A stretch of 64,000 nt of DNA, from contig ML978124.1 in assembly GCA_010015805.1 (NCBI GenBank), positions 2,046,001 through 2,110,000 on the forward strand, in the 5' to 3' direction. This document shows positions 12,370 to 24,013 of this stretch, in pieces. The translations under genes and the position numbers were made by a program. Origin of the DNA: Rhizodiscina lignyota (taxonomy: Eukaryota). The notes under the pieces were generated by a model that worked only from the letters and a program-made list of their open reading frames with translations, was not told the origin of the DNA and did no database searches. Position 1 is the stretch's first letter; every line of letters starts with the position of its first letter.

Positions 12370-15285
12370 GATGTAGACAAGTGGTGTTACTATCCTTGGA
12401 TATAAGGCAGGGGCGCTTTGGCCAGCCCGGCAGACTGGAGGGGGGAGGTGGGTGTGGAGGAGGCGGAGACGTCGAGCGACAGAAGGCAGTCTCGCGGTCA
12501 CAGACGCGGCGCGCACCAGCACCAGCACGTCAGAGCAGTGTGCGAATGGCAGGCGGGCGTGTTCGAGTGATCGGAAGGGTCGCGCGACGCTGCCGGCAAA
12601 GCTTGATGCGCTGTATGCTCAGCCCCGTGACGGAGGCGCAGCAGAGTTGGCCTGCTTTGGCGAACGTTGCTCGGTACAGGCTGCCGCTAGGCCGCGCCGG
12701 GAGTGGGAAGAGAGATGTCGATGATGAAAAAGGTACAGTCAGCGGTGTCGATCGGCGTGCTGCCCGAAATAGCCCCCTTCTGTTGCGCGCGCGGATGGGA
12801 GGAGTGGTTCGGCGTGCGTAGGCTGTGATGCGTTTCAGAATGCCCATGAAACGGCGTGGTCACTCGCGTCACCTGCGCGGCATGCCACGGCGTGGGGATA
12901 AGCGCGGCCCATAAATCGACCGGAACGGGCAATTAGTGATCGTGCAAGCGCCTTAATTCGATGCTTCGTCGAGTTGCTTTTGGCTTTTTGTCACGCTGCT
13001 GCACATGCGTGCGGATCGGTGAGCGCTTTGCGGTGTGCAGTGAACGCAGGTTGCGATGGCCGTCACTTCGCTTCGGCCTTACTCGCGCCCATATGACGAG
13101 CTGGAATTCCAATTCCATGCTTGTTTGAACTGCGACCGGGTTCATGGAACGTCCCGAGAAGGCAGGCGACAAGTATCCGCCGCGAGAGGCTCGAAGGGCA
13201 GCACCGGCCTGCCTTGCCGATATGAGTCCAATTTGGGGACTATCACATCCCGGGGCGAAGCACGAGGAAGTGGCGCGTACCCTATCTGTAAGGCTGTGGC
13301 TAGTGTGGATGTACCACAGTCCAATATTCGAGTCTGCCTCTCACAGCGCGTGCCAGAGCTCTCGTCAGAAATTGCCTACCAACTACACGAGTCTCGCGTG
13401 AGTACCTACATGGTGAACCAGAGCTAAGGCACTCCACTGGATCCATTCCGACTTTCTTTCCGATGCCCTCGTGTATCGTCAATTTGCGTGTAACGGTCAC
13501 CACCTATCGCTCACCGGTGCTCAGTTTCCGTCGCACACACGGACATCCAGACCGATGAACAGACCGACGACCACCAAGGTGGATGCCCTCGGCAATCGAA
13601 CAAATTGCTAATTATTGCACCATCAAGCTTCACTTCCATCCATGAAGGCCTTCTGCAGGTTCGCGGTCGTTCACTGGCTGCCGCATCCTTCCAGGTCCCT
13701 ATATCCGCTGCTCCGCCACGCCGGCCCTGGCCCCCAAACCTTGTACCGCAACAACTTATTGATGGCGAGGCTGACTCCAGAAGACGGAGGGACTCGCAAG
13801 AAAAACGCCCATTCGTTTTAATCACATCATCCCTTCTCCCGGCGACTAAATGCTTGGCCCACTGGGGAAAGGAGCCGCTTCTGAAACAACAATATCTCAC
13901 CAACCAGCACGCCGGCGCGGTGCTCGTATCCTCAAACAATAATTTCGTGCATGAGGCTTGTAACGGTCTGCAGGAGGAGCCCGGCTTTCGTTCTAGAAAG
14001 ATGCCTCTCGGGTATATCCAAGTTCCAATCGTCAGATTGCATGCCCGCTCCAGACTGATTGCAGATCCGGAAAGAATTGAACGTGGCATTATCCGCATGC
14101 AACCATAAGTCACAGGCTGAAACATGCACACAAAGACCTCGGCCGAATAAATCCTCGCCCGAGCATTGAATGGCCTCAAGAGCTTGCGATCGATAATGTG
14201 CTACGTACGAAAGCATTGATGAGGAAGTCGCTGATGTTGGTTTCCATCCTCAAGCCGTTCATCTCGGACGCAGAACAACTTTACTAGCACTTTACTTCGA
14301 CGCGAAAATCGAAGCTGTTGCATGACTCAAACCAGGTACGGAAATAATGAAATGTCTCATGAATCGTGCTGTACATATTCCTACATGTTCCTTCGATGTA
14401 AAACCTACGCCACATGAGGCTCAACGTCTCTTCCTACGATCCAGGGCATTGAAATGTCCCCGAAGACCCTGCGATACAAGCTCCGATCACGAGATGTGAA
14501 AGAAGCTTAAGAATAGCACGCCCATAGCCGCACTGCATATTGATCCATCGCATGCAGGTCGAGCTGTCCAGCCTCCCCGGCCACATTAAGGTTCATCATG
14601 AGCTGCTGCGAGAGCGAAGATAGGCGACGACGAGATATTTCCAGCACCAATCACCACACTTAGCGATCATTCGCCAAATGAGAAGCATCAGAGCAAATTC
14701 CCGAGACGAATTTTCCATTCGCAGCAGTTTGCGATAAGCTTAGAATTTGCCATCCATGCGAATGGCTCCAAGGTTGTTGCGTCTACTCGAACTGGCCACT
14801 CACCATCGAGCGTTGGCGATTACATAACTTGCCGCTCAGCACAACGGCAACTGCAGCCAACATCCGTGAGAAAGAAGCAGTTGGTAGCGATCGCTACCAC
14901 TTGCAGAGTTGCGATTAGGCTGCCCGAGTTGACTATTACGGCATCGCGCTAGACTCCGCCGGTCAAGATGGATCCGCCTCCTCTGGCCCCCAAGTAGACG
15001 GTCCGGCCTAGCATTTCAACCACCACGACATACGGCCGACCTTCTTGACATTGAGATACGATTCTATATGAAGTTTTCGCCCCATGACACCTGTGCTCGG
15101 TTCCGGAAGATGTCCATTTGGAAGAACAGCGAGCTGAAAGTGCCACTGCCGGAATGCTGTCGTTCCTCTCAGCTCGTCACGACTTGCGATGGCAGATGGC
15201 GTGCGTGGTTTCTTTGAGCCGAGAGCATCTCGCCTCTGCGTAAAATCTGTTGTGGGCCAACGCTCTCCCACGGCGGTTGATTGAT

Positions 15286-16755
15286 TCAGGGAATCTTCAT
15301 CTTCTTTTTGAGCAGCTTGATCAGCTCGACCTGCCCTTCTCCGCGCGGACCGGAGTCCAAAGTGCATTGCTCCAGCTGAACCAATTTGAATTCGGCATCA
15401 CACGTCCTCACACAGACGATAAACGGCTCTGCCGAAGGAGACGGTGATGTAAATTCCGGGCTGGCCAGATCGACGGGCCAGTACAACCTCATATTCGTAT
15501 CCGGAAACTGAAATGCTTTCAGCAGTACAGGATGTCCAGGTTGTAGTTTCTCGATCCAGGACGTGTATTGATCGTAAGACGGCTGGGAACGTAGCTCGGA
15601 TAGTGCCTCGCGGGTATTGAAATCTTCGTTGAGCTGATGAATCTTCATGCGTCTAGATTTTCCCTCAGGATCACAGCGTTTGTGAATCCCATCATCCCAG
15701 AGCCCTCCCAACCCGCCGTTCCGAAGGCATAGGCCACGCCACGTCCAGGTAGCCCAATCAATTCTGCGATCCTCTGACCCAATCTTCGAGGCATGATCTA
15801 TAGCTTTGGGCGTCTGCTCTACATGATTTGAAGTTTGGGACAGCTGTGCAGGAGGCTCAATGTAGAGCCTGTCTTCCAACGTTCGTATGAGCGACTGAGC
15901 ACCTAAGGTAGCTAATTGCCTCTCGAAATACCCGTATAGAGCCCCGGATCCGGCCTTGGCGAATTTTGGAGTAGTGCCACGAGGCCAAATTCTTTCCTCA
16001 AATCGTTCCCGGAATAATATGGTGCCTTGGTCGAAATGTTTAGGGTGGAGGGTCTGCACGGTAACGCCCCAAGATTCACGATCCCGAATGATTGCATGTT
16101 GAATCGGTGCTGGACCGCGGAGACTGCCACAGTGAGCTAAACATAGGGCATAGACAAAGAACAGCGGAGCAGTACTCACTCAGGGAGGATGGATGGGTGG
16201 ACATTTATACCACCGTACTGTGCGCTCCCCAGAATTCGAGGAGGAATAAAGAGGCCGAAGGATACGGCAATAATCAAATTGATGGGACCTTGGTCAGGCA
16301 CGGGAGGCTAAGCAGAATTAAAACTGAGCCTTTGGGTACCAGACGATGGTGATGTGTTGCAACGTACCTGCCAGCCCGTAAAAGTATCTATCTCATGAAT
16401 TGGCAATTCTAGGTTTTGTGCCGCTTGCTTGATTGGAACTATAAAAAGTAAATGAGCCATCAGTCTTGTTCTTGGTCAGAATATCGGTACCTTCGCGGAC
16501 CTCCTTCAGTCCTCTTCCAACCCTCTTTCCCGGTCGACAGACTACATCGATCGAAGAAATGAGGCCATGATTCTTGGACTTTTGGTCATAGAGGGCATTC
16601 AAAGATGCAATGCTGAAACTATCGGAACCGCAGAACAGGATCCTTAGAGGATCTACGTCTTTTCTTGTTGAGAAGTTGCGGAAGCATTTCCATGTTCCGC
16701 GTAAGAGGGAGAAAGAGTGGACGCGTCTGTTCACACCAGACGCCACAATAAGCAT
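15286..16755 (-). CDS. FMT1: Mitochondrial methionyl-tRNA formyltransferase, 4 exons
   Basis: PLRILFCGSDSFS, DVVCRPGKRVGRGLK, IDTFTGW, LIIAVSFGLFIPPRIL, YGGINVHPS, LRGPAPIQHAI, GVTVQTLHPKHFDQG joined across GT-AG introns. Confidence 0.92.
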
Positions 16756-17120
16756 GATAGAAGCGGCATTAAAAGTTAGTCGAGCACATTGTCAATGATG
16801 TGACCTTGTATGTAGGATGAATGTGAGCGCGATGTCAAATTCGCAGTCTTGGCAATATCAAGAAGCCCGTGCATGACGCTCCACAATTAGTTCGTTCCAC
16901 AAAAGTCTTGGCACTTTCACGCTTCTGTTAGTTCGATGTGCTTTGTGTTCAAGAATTATCAACTTGAAGGTCGTTAGACGACAATCGAAAGGCTTTTAAT
17001 CATTCTATACTTAACACTGATAGGTAAAACACAAATGGCTACATTTCTAATAGACTGATAATATTTGTTGATAAAGTTAATTATATATTAAATATTCTCG
17101 AATTCGATACTAAATCTGTA

Positions 17121-17201
17121 GGCGTGGTGGCTGAGTGGTTATAGCGATAGACTAGAAATCTATTTCCTTCGGGAGCGCAGGTTCGAATCCTGCCCACGTC
17201 G
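17121..17201 (+). tRNA. tRNA-Ser(AGA), intronless, long variable arm
   Basis: Acceptor GGCGTGG/CCACGTC + G73; A box TGGCTGAGTGG; anticodon arm ATAGA-CTAGAAA-TCTAT; variable arm TTCC-TTCG-GGAG; T arm GCAGG-TTCGAAT-CCTGC. Confidence 0.96.
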
Positions 17202-17230
17202 AAACTGACATCCTCCAAAAGGAGGTTGAC

Positions 17231-17260
17231 TTAATTTTTTAATTTTTTAATTTATTTTTA
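17231..17260 (+). terminator. Likely Pol III terminator (T-runs)
   Basis: Several T-runs of 4-6 nt, 30-60 nt downstream of the tRNA. Confidence 0.6.
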
Positions 17261-18105
17261 TGGTTCCCATACTTGCAACGACTGATCAGCCTAGGGCCAA
17301 TTCATTCGCCTTGTAGGTAGTATACTTTATTACTCGAGGTCTTTTTTCCCCCGTTTAAGCGACTGAGCATCCCATCAAGAACTATACTACTTTTTCTCAA
17401 ACGGCTTTTGCTATATGTACTAATAATTGGATTTAGAACTACGATTCTATAGAGCTTACCACTGCATTTCGAAAAATCTATTTTATATCGTGGGTAGGCC
17501 ATCTTCCCCTGAGGGGAAGAGATGCATTCGCTCATGTGCGCAAGGGGACCCTTAGTAGGCGTCACTGACTTTCGATAGGCCGCCATCCAACAGATTCCTA
17601 ACTCTTCCGTATCACTGTCGGCATAAATGATCAAATTGGGAGATTAGAGTCTTGTTTCTCAACTTTTCTAGGTATGTATCAATTTAAGCACAAACGAGGG
17701 TTACCGCCTTTATGGACGAGTGGCGCCATTGAAATGAGGGCGTGAGATTGGCGATCAGCCTTGCGCACTGCCTGACTGGCCTTGGTTGCGTCCGGCGGGG
17801 ACTGTTGCCTGCTTTGAACTCAGCCACAACGTTCGTACCATCAGCTTGCCCATTGGGCAGCAAAGAGCTGAATACTGAGCCGCCTGATACATGCCACACT
17901 GACAACACATCTCTCCAGCTGCGGGAGGTCGAAAGCAGACGAGGCTGCCCTCCAAGTATGCGGGGAAACCTGAGACTGACGGAGAGACGAGGCTGTGAGG
18001 CGTGGAACATCGAAAGAGGCTGGAGATGATATTAATGCGCTACTCCATATATGCCTGAGCCTTTCGCTCTGTTCGTGTAGTCACTATCCACTCGTCACCG
18101 TTACC

Positions 18106-21100
18106 ATGAGTTTCGGCTTCAGTATTGGTGATGTACTGGCTGTCTTGGAGCTGGCGAATGAGCTCCGCGAGCGATTTGTAGATGCTCCGAAGCAACTTAA
18201 AGAAATATCAGACGAGTAGGGTGTCTCCATCTCCTGGTTTGCTCGTGCTAATGTTTTCGGCAGAGTAGTCAGTCTCTCGAATGTTCTCAGAGGTACTGAG
18301 CGTGCCCTTTGCCAGCAAAACCTTGCAGACTGGCAAGAAGAGGCCCTCTTGCCAGTCCTGAAAGGATGTCGAGCCACTCTGGTCTCACTCGGCCAGCTGT
18401 TGGAAAAAAATCGCTGTCTAGTCCCTGCAGACAACAACCGCCTCCGTGATAAGCCAGAAAGACTCTGGAAGATGCTGAATTGGAACCCGCAAAAGATTCA
18501 GGAATATCGATCCCGGATTACTATGAATATCGGCCTCTTACAGACTTTCAATGGGAATCTCCAGAGGTATGTATTCCGAATTTATGTATACATGCGTATC
18601 ATGAGCGGAAAGAAAAATTCCTAACCTTGGGAGTGAGAGTAATTTCCGAAACGGCGCTCTTGCCTCAGGGCCAAACAGCTAACTCGGCGCTCAGCAACGC
18701 CATATTAGAGACAAAAGCCGGTGTGGATAAGATTCTTGAACAGCATTATGATGACAAACATCATGAAGAGCACAAAATGATTCTCGATTGGCTTGCACCA
18801 GTTGACTTTGGTGCTGACCATGCCTATGCTGTCGAACGGCGAGATCCCGGCACTGGAGAATGGCTGCTGCAGTCAGACAACTTCCAAAACTTCGTTGATG
18901 GTACTAACCAGACCCTATTCTGTCCGGGGATACATGGAGCTGGAAAGACCGTCCTCACTGCAATCGTGATAGAGCATCTTAGAGAAAAATTTCGAGATGA
19001 TAGCAGTGTTGGAATAGCGTATTTGTACTGCGACTTTCGACGACAACGCGAGCACACTCCTGCACGATTACTGGCAAGTTTAGCAAGGCACTTGCTCGAA
19101 GAACAGTCCTCTTTACCACCTAGTGTTAAGGACATCTACAAACAGCACCACAACGGACGCACACCACCTTCACTTGTCGAGGTTTCGGAAGCAATATGTT
19201 CAGCTACCAAGCCGTATTCCAAATCTTTTCTGATCGTCGATGCGTTGGATGAGTGCCAGACCTCAGATTCATGCTGCAATGTATTTCTTTCATCGCTGTT
19301 CGACCTGCAGGCTAAAACTGGAGCCAGTATCTTTGCCACATCCAGGTCCATCCCGGAAATTACGAAGCGATTCGACCATTCTTCACAGATAGAGATCCGT
19401 GCCACGGAAGCAGACGTAGAAAAACACTTGGAACACAATATGTCTCGATTGCCGTCTTTTGTCGAGAAAAGACCTGATTTACAGACCGCCATCAAGACTG
19501 ACATAGCGAAGGCAGTTGACGGAATGTTGGTAACATGTTACCTTCAAAATGAAGCATGCTGACATGGATTAGGTTCTTGCTTGCGCAACTTCATATGGAT
19601 TCCTTGGTCGGAAAGCGCTCTCCTAAGGCATTACGTGAAGCTTTGGCAAAACTTTCCACTGGATCGAGCGCATATGACGATGCCTATGACGACGCCGTCA
19701 AACGTATTCACGAACAGGTGGAAGATGTAAAAGACCTTGGCATACGGGTATTGTCTTGGCTTGTGTGCGCAAAGCGACCGCTTACCATCGTCGAGCTGGA
19801 ACATGGTCTTGCTGTAGAAGCGAACACACTGGAAATAGACGAAGACAACTTCTCCGAGATGGAGGATATGGTATCTGCATGCGCCGGACTAGTAGCAGTA
19901 GATGAAAAAGCTGGGACTGTCCGATTAGTGCACTACACAACACAGGAATACTTCGAACGAACGCACGCGACTTGGTTTCCCAATGCTGACGCCGATATTG
20001 CTATGGCTTGTATCACTTACCTTTCTTTTAGCGCCTTCGAAGAGGGCCTCTGCCGGACCGACTATGAATTTGAGGAGAGGCTGGCTTCATATCCGTTTTA
20101 TCACTATGCCTCTCAGAACTGGGGATATCATGCATGCAAGGCTATGCCGTCAATTCAAGCGATCTCGTCATTTTTCAAGAGCGAAGCGAAAGTTCAAGCA
20201 TCGAGCCAAGCACTCTTCGCGTGGAAACATGGGATGAGACGGTTTTTCGTTAGAATATTACCGAAGAGCTTTACAGGGCTACATTTAGCCGCTTTCTTCG
20301 GAACTAAAGAGCCTTTGGAGGTACTGCTCAATGAGAAAATGAAACCTGATCAAGCTGATGGCGACGGTCGAGATCCTCTCTCGTGGGCGGCCTCAATGGG
20401 CCACGAAGAAATCGTTCTGCGGTTGATTGCGAAAGGCGTCGATCCTAATTCTTGCGATGACTCTGGTCAAACTCCGCTGTCGTTTGCTAGTCTGAGAGGT
20501 TCGGAGCCAGTAACCAGGCTTCTGCTAGAGAGCGGCGCCGATCCTAATTCTCGCAATAAGTACGGTCAAACTCCGCTGTCGCTTGCTTCCAAATCTGGAC
20601 ATGGACCGATTGTTGACTTGCTCCTCCAGAGCGGGCAAGTAGATCTGAACTCAAGAGACGAGCGTGGTCGTACTCCACTCGCGCTTGCTTCCGAATCTGG
20701 ACATGGACCGATTGTTGACTTGCTCCTCCAGAGCGGGCAAGTAGATCTGAACTCAAGAGACGAGCGTGGTCGTACTCCACTCGCGCTTGCTTCCGAATCT
20801 GGACATGGACCGATTGTTGACTTACTCCTCCAGAGTAGGCAAGTAGACCCGAACTCGAGAGACGAGCGTGGCCGCACTCCACTATTATGGGCCGCAATAC
20901 TCGGCCGCGTGAACGTTCTCACGCTGCTCTTGACAAAGACTGCGAACCTCAACCTGGAATTACCAGATCGCAGTGGTCAGACAGCACTATCATGGGCAGC
21001 GAGAGAAGGGCATAGAAGATCTGTTCAATTACTTCTTGAGCGAGGCGGAGACACTCACACAGCCGACGATTGCAAGCGAACACCGCTATCGTACGCTGCC

Positions 21101-21904
21101 GAGGAGGGCTTACTTGTCGTGGTCAAACTGCTCATACACTTCAACGCCGATCCCAACATTAAATGCCAGGAAGGACGGTCTCCGTTATCGTACGCTGCTG
21201 AAAATGGAAATTTATCCGTTGCCAAGTTCCTGCTGCTCGAATGCGGAGCGAGTGCAGATGCAAAGGATAACGATGGCTGCACACCATTAATATGGGCAGC
21301 GGACAAATGCCATGATTCTATCGTTAGTCTGCTGCTCGAGAATTCAGCTGCTGTCTCAGTATTGGGAGATAGATGGGGACAGACTCCGCTATTCCGTGCT
21401 TCATATGATGGGCACGAGGCTGTAGTCCGGTTGTTGCTGGCGTACGATTTTACGGATCCGGACGCCGAAAATGTTTTCGGACAGACACCCCTACTGGTAG
21501 CTGCCATGAAGGGACGTGCAGAGATTACAAAGCTTCTGCTTACCGAGTCTAAAGTCGATCAAGACCATAGGGACACAAATGGTCGAACGCCGCTTTTATG
21601 TGCCGCACAAAATGGCCATATCGATGTCGTGAGGCACCTGCTCGCGGCCAGTGCTGATTTGGAATTAGAAGACATCCACGGCCGAACGGCATTGCAAGTA
21701 GCTGCGATAAACGGACATGTTGACGTGCTGAATCTCTTGTACAGCAATGGCGCTAAGGTTCATCACGAAACTGGGTGGACGGCGCTGCAGCTGCAGCTTG
21801 CAGTTCTAGGGGCACAGAGTGAAATTGAGCAGATCTTAAAAGAGATGGGCGCACCAGAAGACGATGACTTCTTCGGAATGGAGTCGCTGTTTCTTCTTGA
21901 CTAG
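18106..21904 (+). CDS. Fungal NLR (STAND): N-terminal HeLo-like/SesA-type domain, NACHT, about 16 ankyrin repeats; 4 exons (introns 18216-18263, 18567-18694, 19526-19572)
   Basis: N-terminus MSFGFSIGDVLAV..LA...RERFVDAP; ILDWL, GTGEWLL, Walker A GIHGAGKT, IAYLYCDF, Walker B LIVDALDE, ATSR, DGMFLLAQL, AKRPL, VRLVHYTTQEYF; repeated TPL..AA..GH ankyrin units. Confidence 0.93.
20570..20875 (+). repeat. Three near-identical 102-bp (34-aa) ankyrin-coding units
   Basis: Units start at 20570, 20672, 20774; 20592-20721 is identical to 20694-20823. Confidence 0.95.
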
Positions 21905-22000
21905 ACGCCCAGAAGCGATAATTACCGTGAACTCTGAAAATCAGGAGTAGAGGCGCCAAGAAACGGGAATGATATTCTTCGGCGTACGGATCTTTATATA

Positions 22001-24013
22001 CTAGTCTTCTAGCGCTAATCGGAGTAGTTTCTCGAAATTTGGCGTGCCATATCCTGTACAAAGATCGTTAGCTTTACCATCCCAGTGCTGAAGCTGTCCG
22101 ATTAAATACAACCACGACGACATACCTGTGACCGGATCCCAACCCTTTGTTGCGTTCCACCCTGCCCCCGAAATCTCCGGACCTAGCGACTTTGTGCAGC
22201 CTTTACTGCCTCCCTCGGTAATATCATTCAGAGCCGCATACGCCTTCCCATATATCCACGGATTAAGAAATCCAAGAGGTGGTTTCCCGGCAGACATGCG
22301 GGCACCGTTCAGCAGCGCTACGATGCCTGCGAATACGGGTGCCGCAGCACTTGTACCCGAGCCCACATCTGGCGCTCCATCTGAAATGACGACGTAATTA
22401 TGAGATTGGGCCGCGACGTCCGGAAACGCCCGTCCGGAGCGATTGTAGAGCCCTTGGAACTTGCCGCCAATTTTGGCGAGGTAGCCCGCCACAGCGGCCT
22501 CCTGGTACGAAGGGCGTGCGAAGTAGTTCGAGAAGCCGCCAGACGAGAGATTATTAGCGATCTCGTGGTCAAAATATCTCGTGCCCCCTACAGACGTGAT
22601 CCATGGGCACGTTGATGGGAAAACTGGGATGAACATGCTGCGGTTTTTCCCATCGTTAGACTGGCATCCAACACCCGGACCCCAGTCTCCGCTGCCGATG
22701 AGAACACTTACGCCTCGTGCTGCGAGGCTGGCGAACATGTTGCACACTGTCCGGGCGTACCCACGGGGGAGAGTCTGCTCGTCGTCGGCGTATGATATAG
22801 TCATCGTTTGGGGAAGCTCCTCATCAGGGAGATTGAGTACGAAATCGAGCCATTCAAGCCAGGGTTCGTTGAAGACTCCAGGAGGGTTGTTCAAGTCATT
22901 GATTGTGGGGCCCTGACCCCCTGTTGAGAAGACGTGGATGCGAATGGCAGTAGAAGGAGATGACAGACTTGATATCGCCATTGAGTATTCAACGTCCAGG
23001 TCCGCTTCAGGGTTCCCGGTACTAGTTTGGTTTAGGATACCGCCTGAAGCTGTTAGCGTAGTGCAAGCCAGTACAACAGATAAATAGAGTGAAATTCATA
23101 GTTAAGGCAAAAGCAATGAGAGCACGTCTACACATGGCCAAGCGCATGGTGTAGACGCCACAGTACGTCCATAAACCCATCTCCGAGTGCAATTACTAGA
23201 GGAATGATTTCACTAACCGTTTACGGACGTCCATGTGAAGTTTTTGCCATTCGCCCAGGGCGCGAATTCCTTGTTGAATTGTGCGAGGTCACCGAAGTGT
23301 GCATAATTTTCATCAAAGCTGTTGACCGCCAGCGTGTTTTCGACCCGAGGATCGATAATAACATCCTTGATGTTATATTGCTGCTGCAAGCATCGCGGTG
23401 TAATATTCTGGCTGCAGTCCGAAGTATTAACTCCTGAGGCCACTGTCCGCTTCCATAGAGGCGAGACTGTCTTTTGCAGCTGCGGACGAGGGAAGCGAGT
23501 CGTTGGTTGGATCATTTCAATATGTCGCTGCATCTCAGCTGGCACGGAGTAGTTTAGGGTTCGTATGACCGAGTTACCGCTGGGATCCTTAAAGACTTGA
23601 AATGTAGTATCCAGGAGTGCCTCCGCTTGGGAGACACTGCAATTGAACCGGATCCAGACCCCATCTTCGACAGCATCTGAGATCCCAGAAGCTGCAAACC
23701 ATTGCCGAATAGCAGAGTGAGACTGCTGTGAAGCGCCCAACAATTTTTGAACCTCGTGGCGTTTAAGGTGATGTCCATACAATTTATGGCCAGGGGTGGA
23801 GGCGTCCAAAGCGGCCTGCTCCAACGTCGCAAGATTCGATGAGGTTGTAGCAGCGTAGAGGTAAAGTAAATCCTCTGGCTGGGGATAATTGATGAAACTC
23901 CAACCTTCCGGTACACTATGTACTAAATCAAACGGCGAGGATGTGGTAGTGGCGGTGAGAAACAAACAGGAGAAAAGAAATAGCAGTGTTGTGCCACAAA
24001 AATGTGGCGCCAT
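22001..24013 (-). CDS. Secreted sedolisin / tripeptidyl-peptidase (family S53), 3 exons (introns 23044-23217, 22054-22125)
   Basis: Signal peptide MAPHFCGTTLLFLFSCLFLTATTTS; prodomain STPGH..YGHHL, IQPTTRF; catalytic EADLD, SGD, GTSAAAP; GRAFPDVAAQ, LGFLNPWIY, GWDPVTGYGTP. Confidence 0.93.

Noticed and set aside
12370..12528. Arg-rich in-frame GTG extension upstream of the crz1 ATG
   Set aside because: GC-rich leader is easily open by chance, start context is poor, and a targeting signal is not expected for this nuclear factor
13056..14216. ORFs up to 222 aa upstream of crz1
   Set aside because: Overlapping on both strands, no motifs, non-coding-like composition
3020..20875. CRISPR-like arrays (considered for the repeats at 3020-3200, 3895-4680 and 20570-20875)
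   Set aside because: Eukaryotic DNA; repeats are contiguous coding units or degenerate, with no unique spacers and no cas genes
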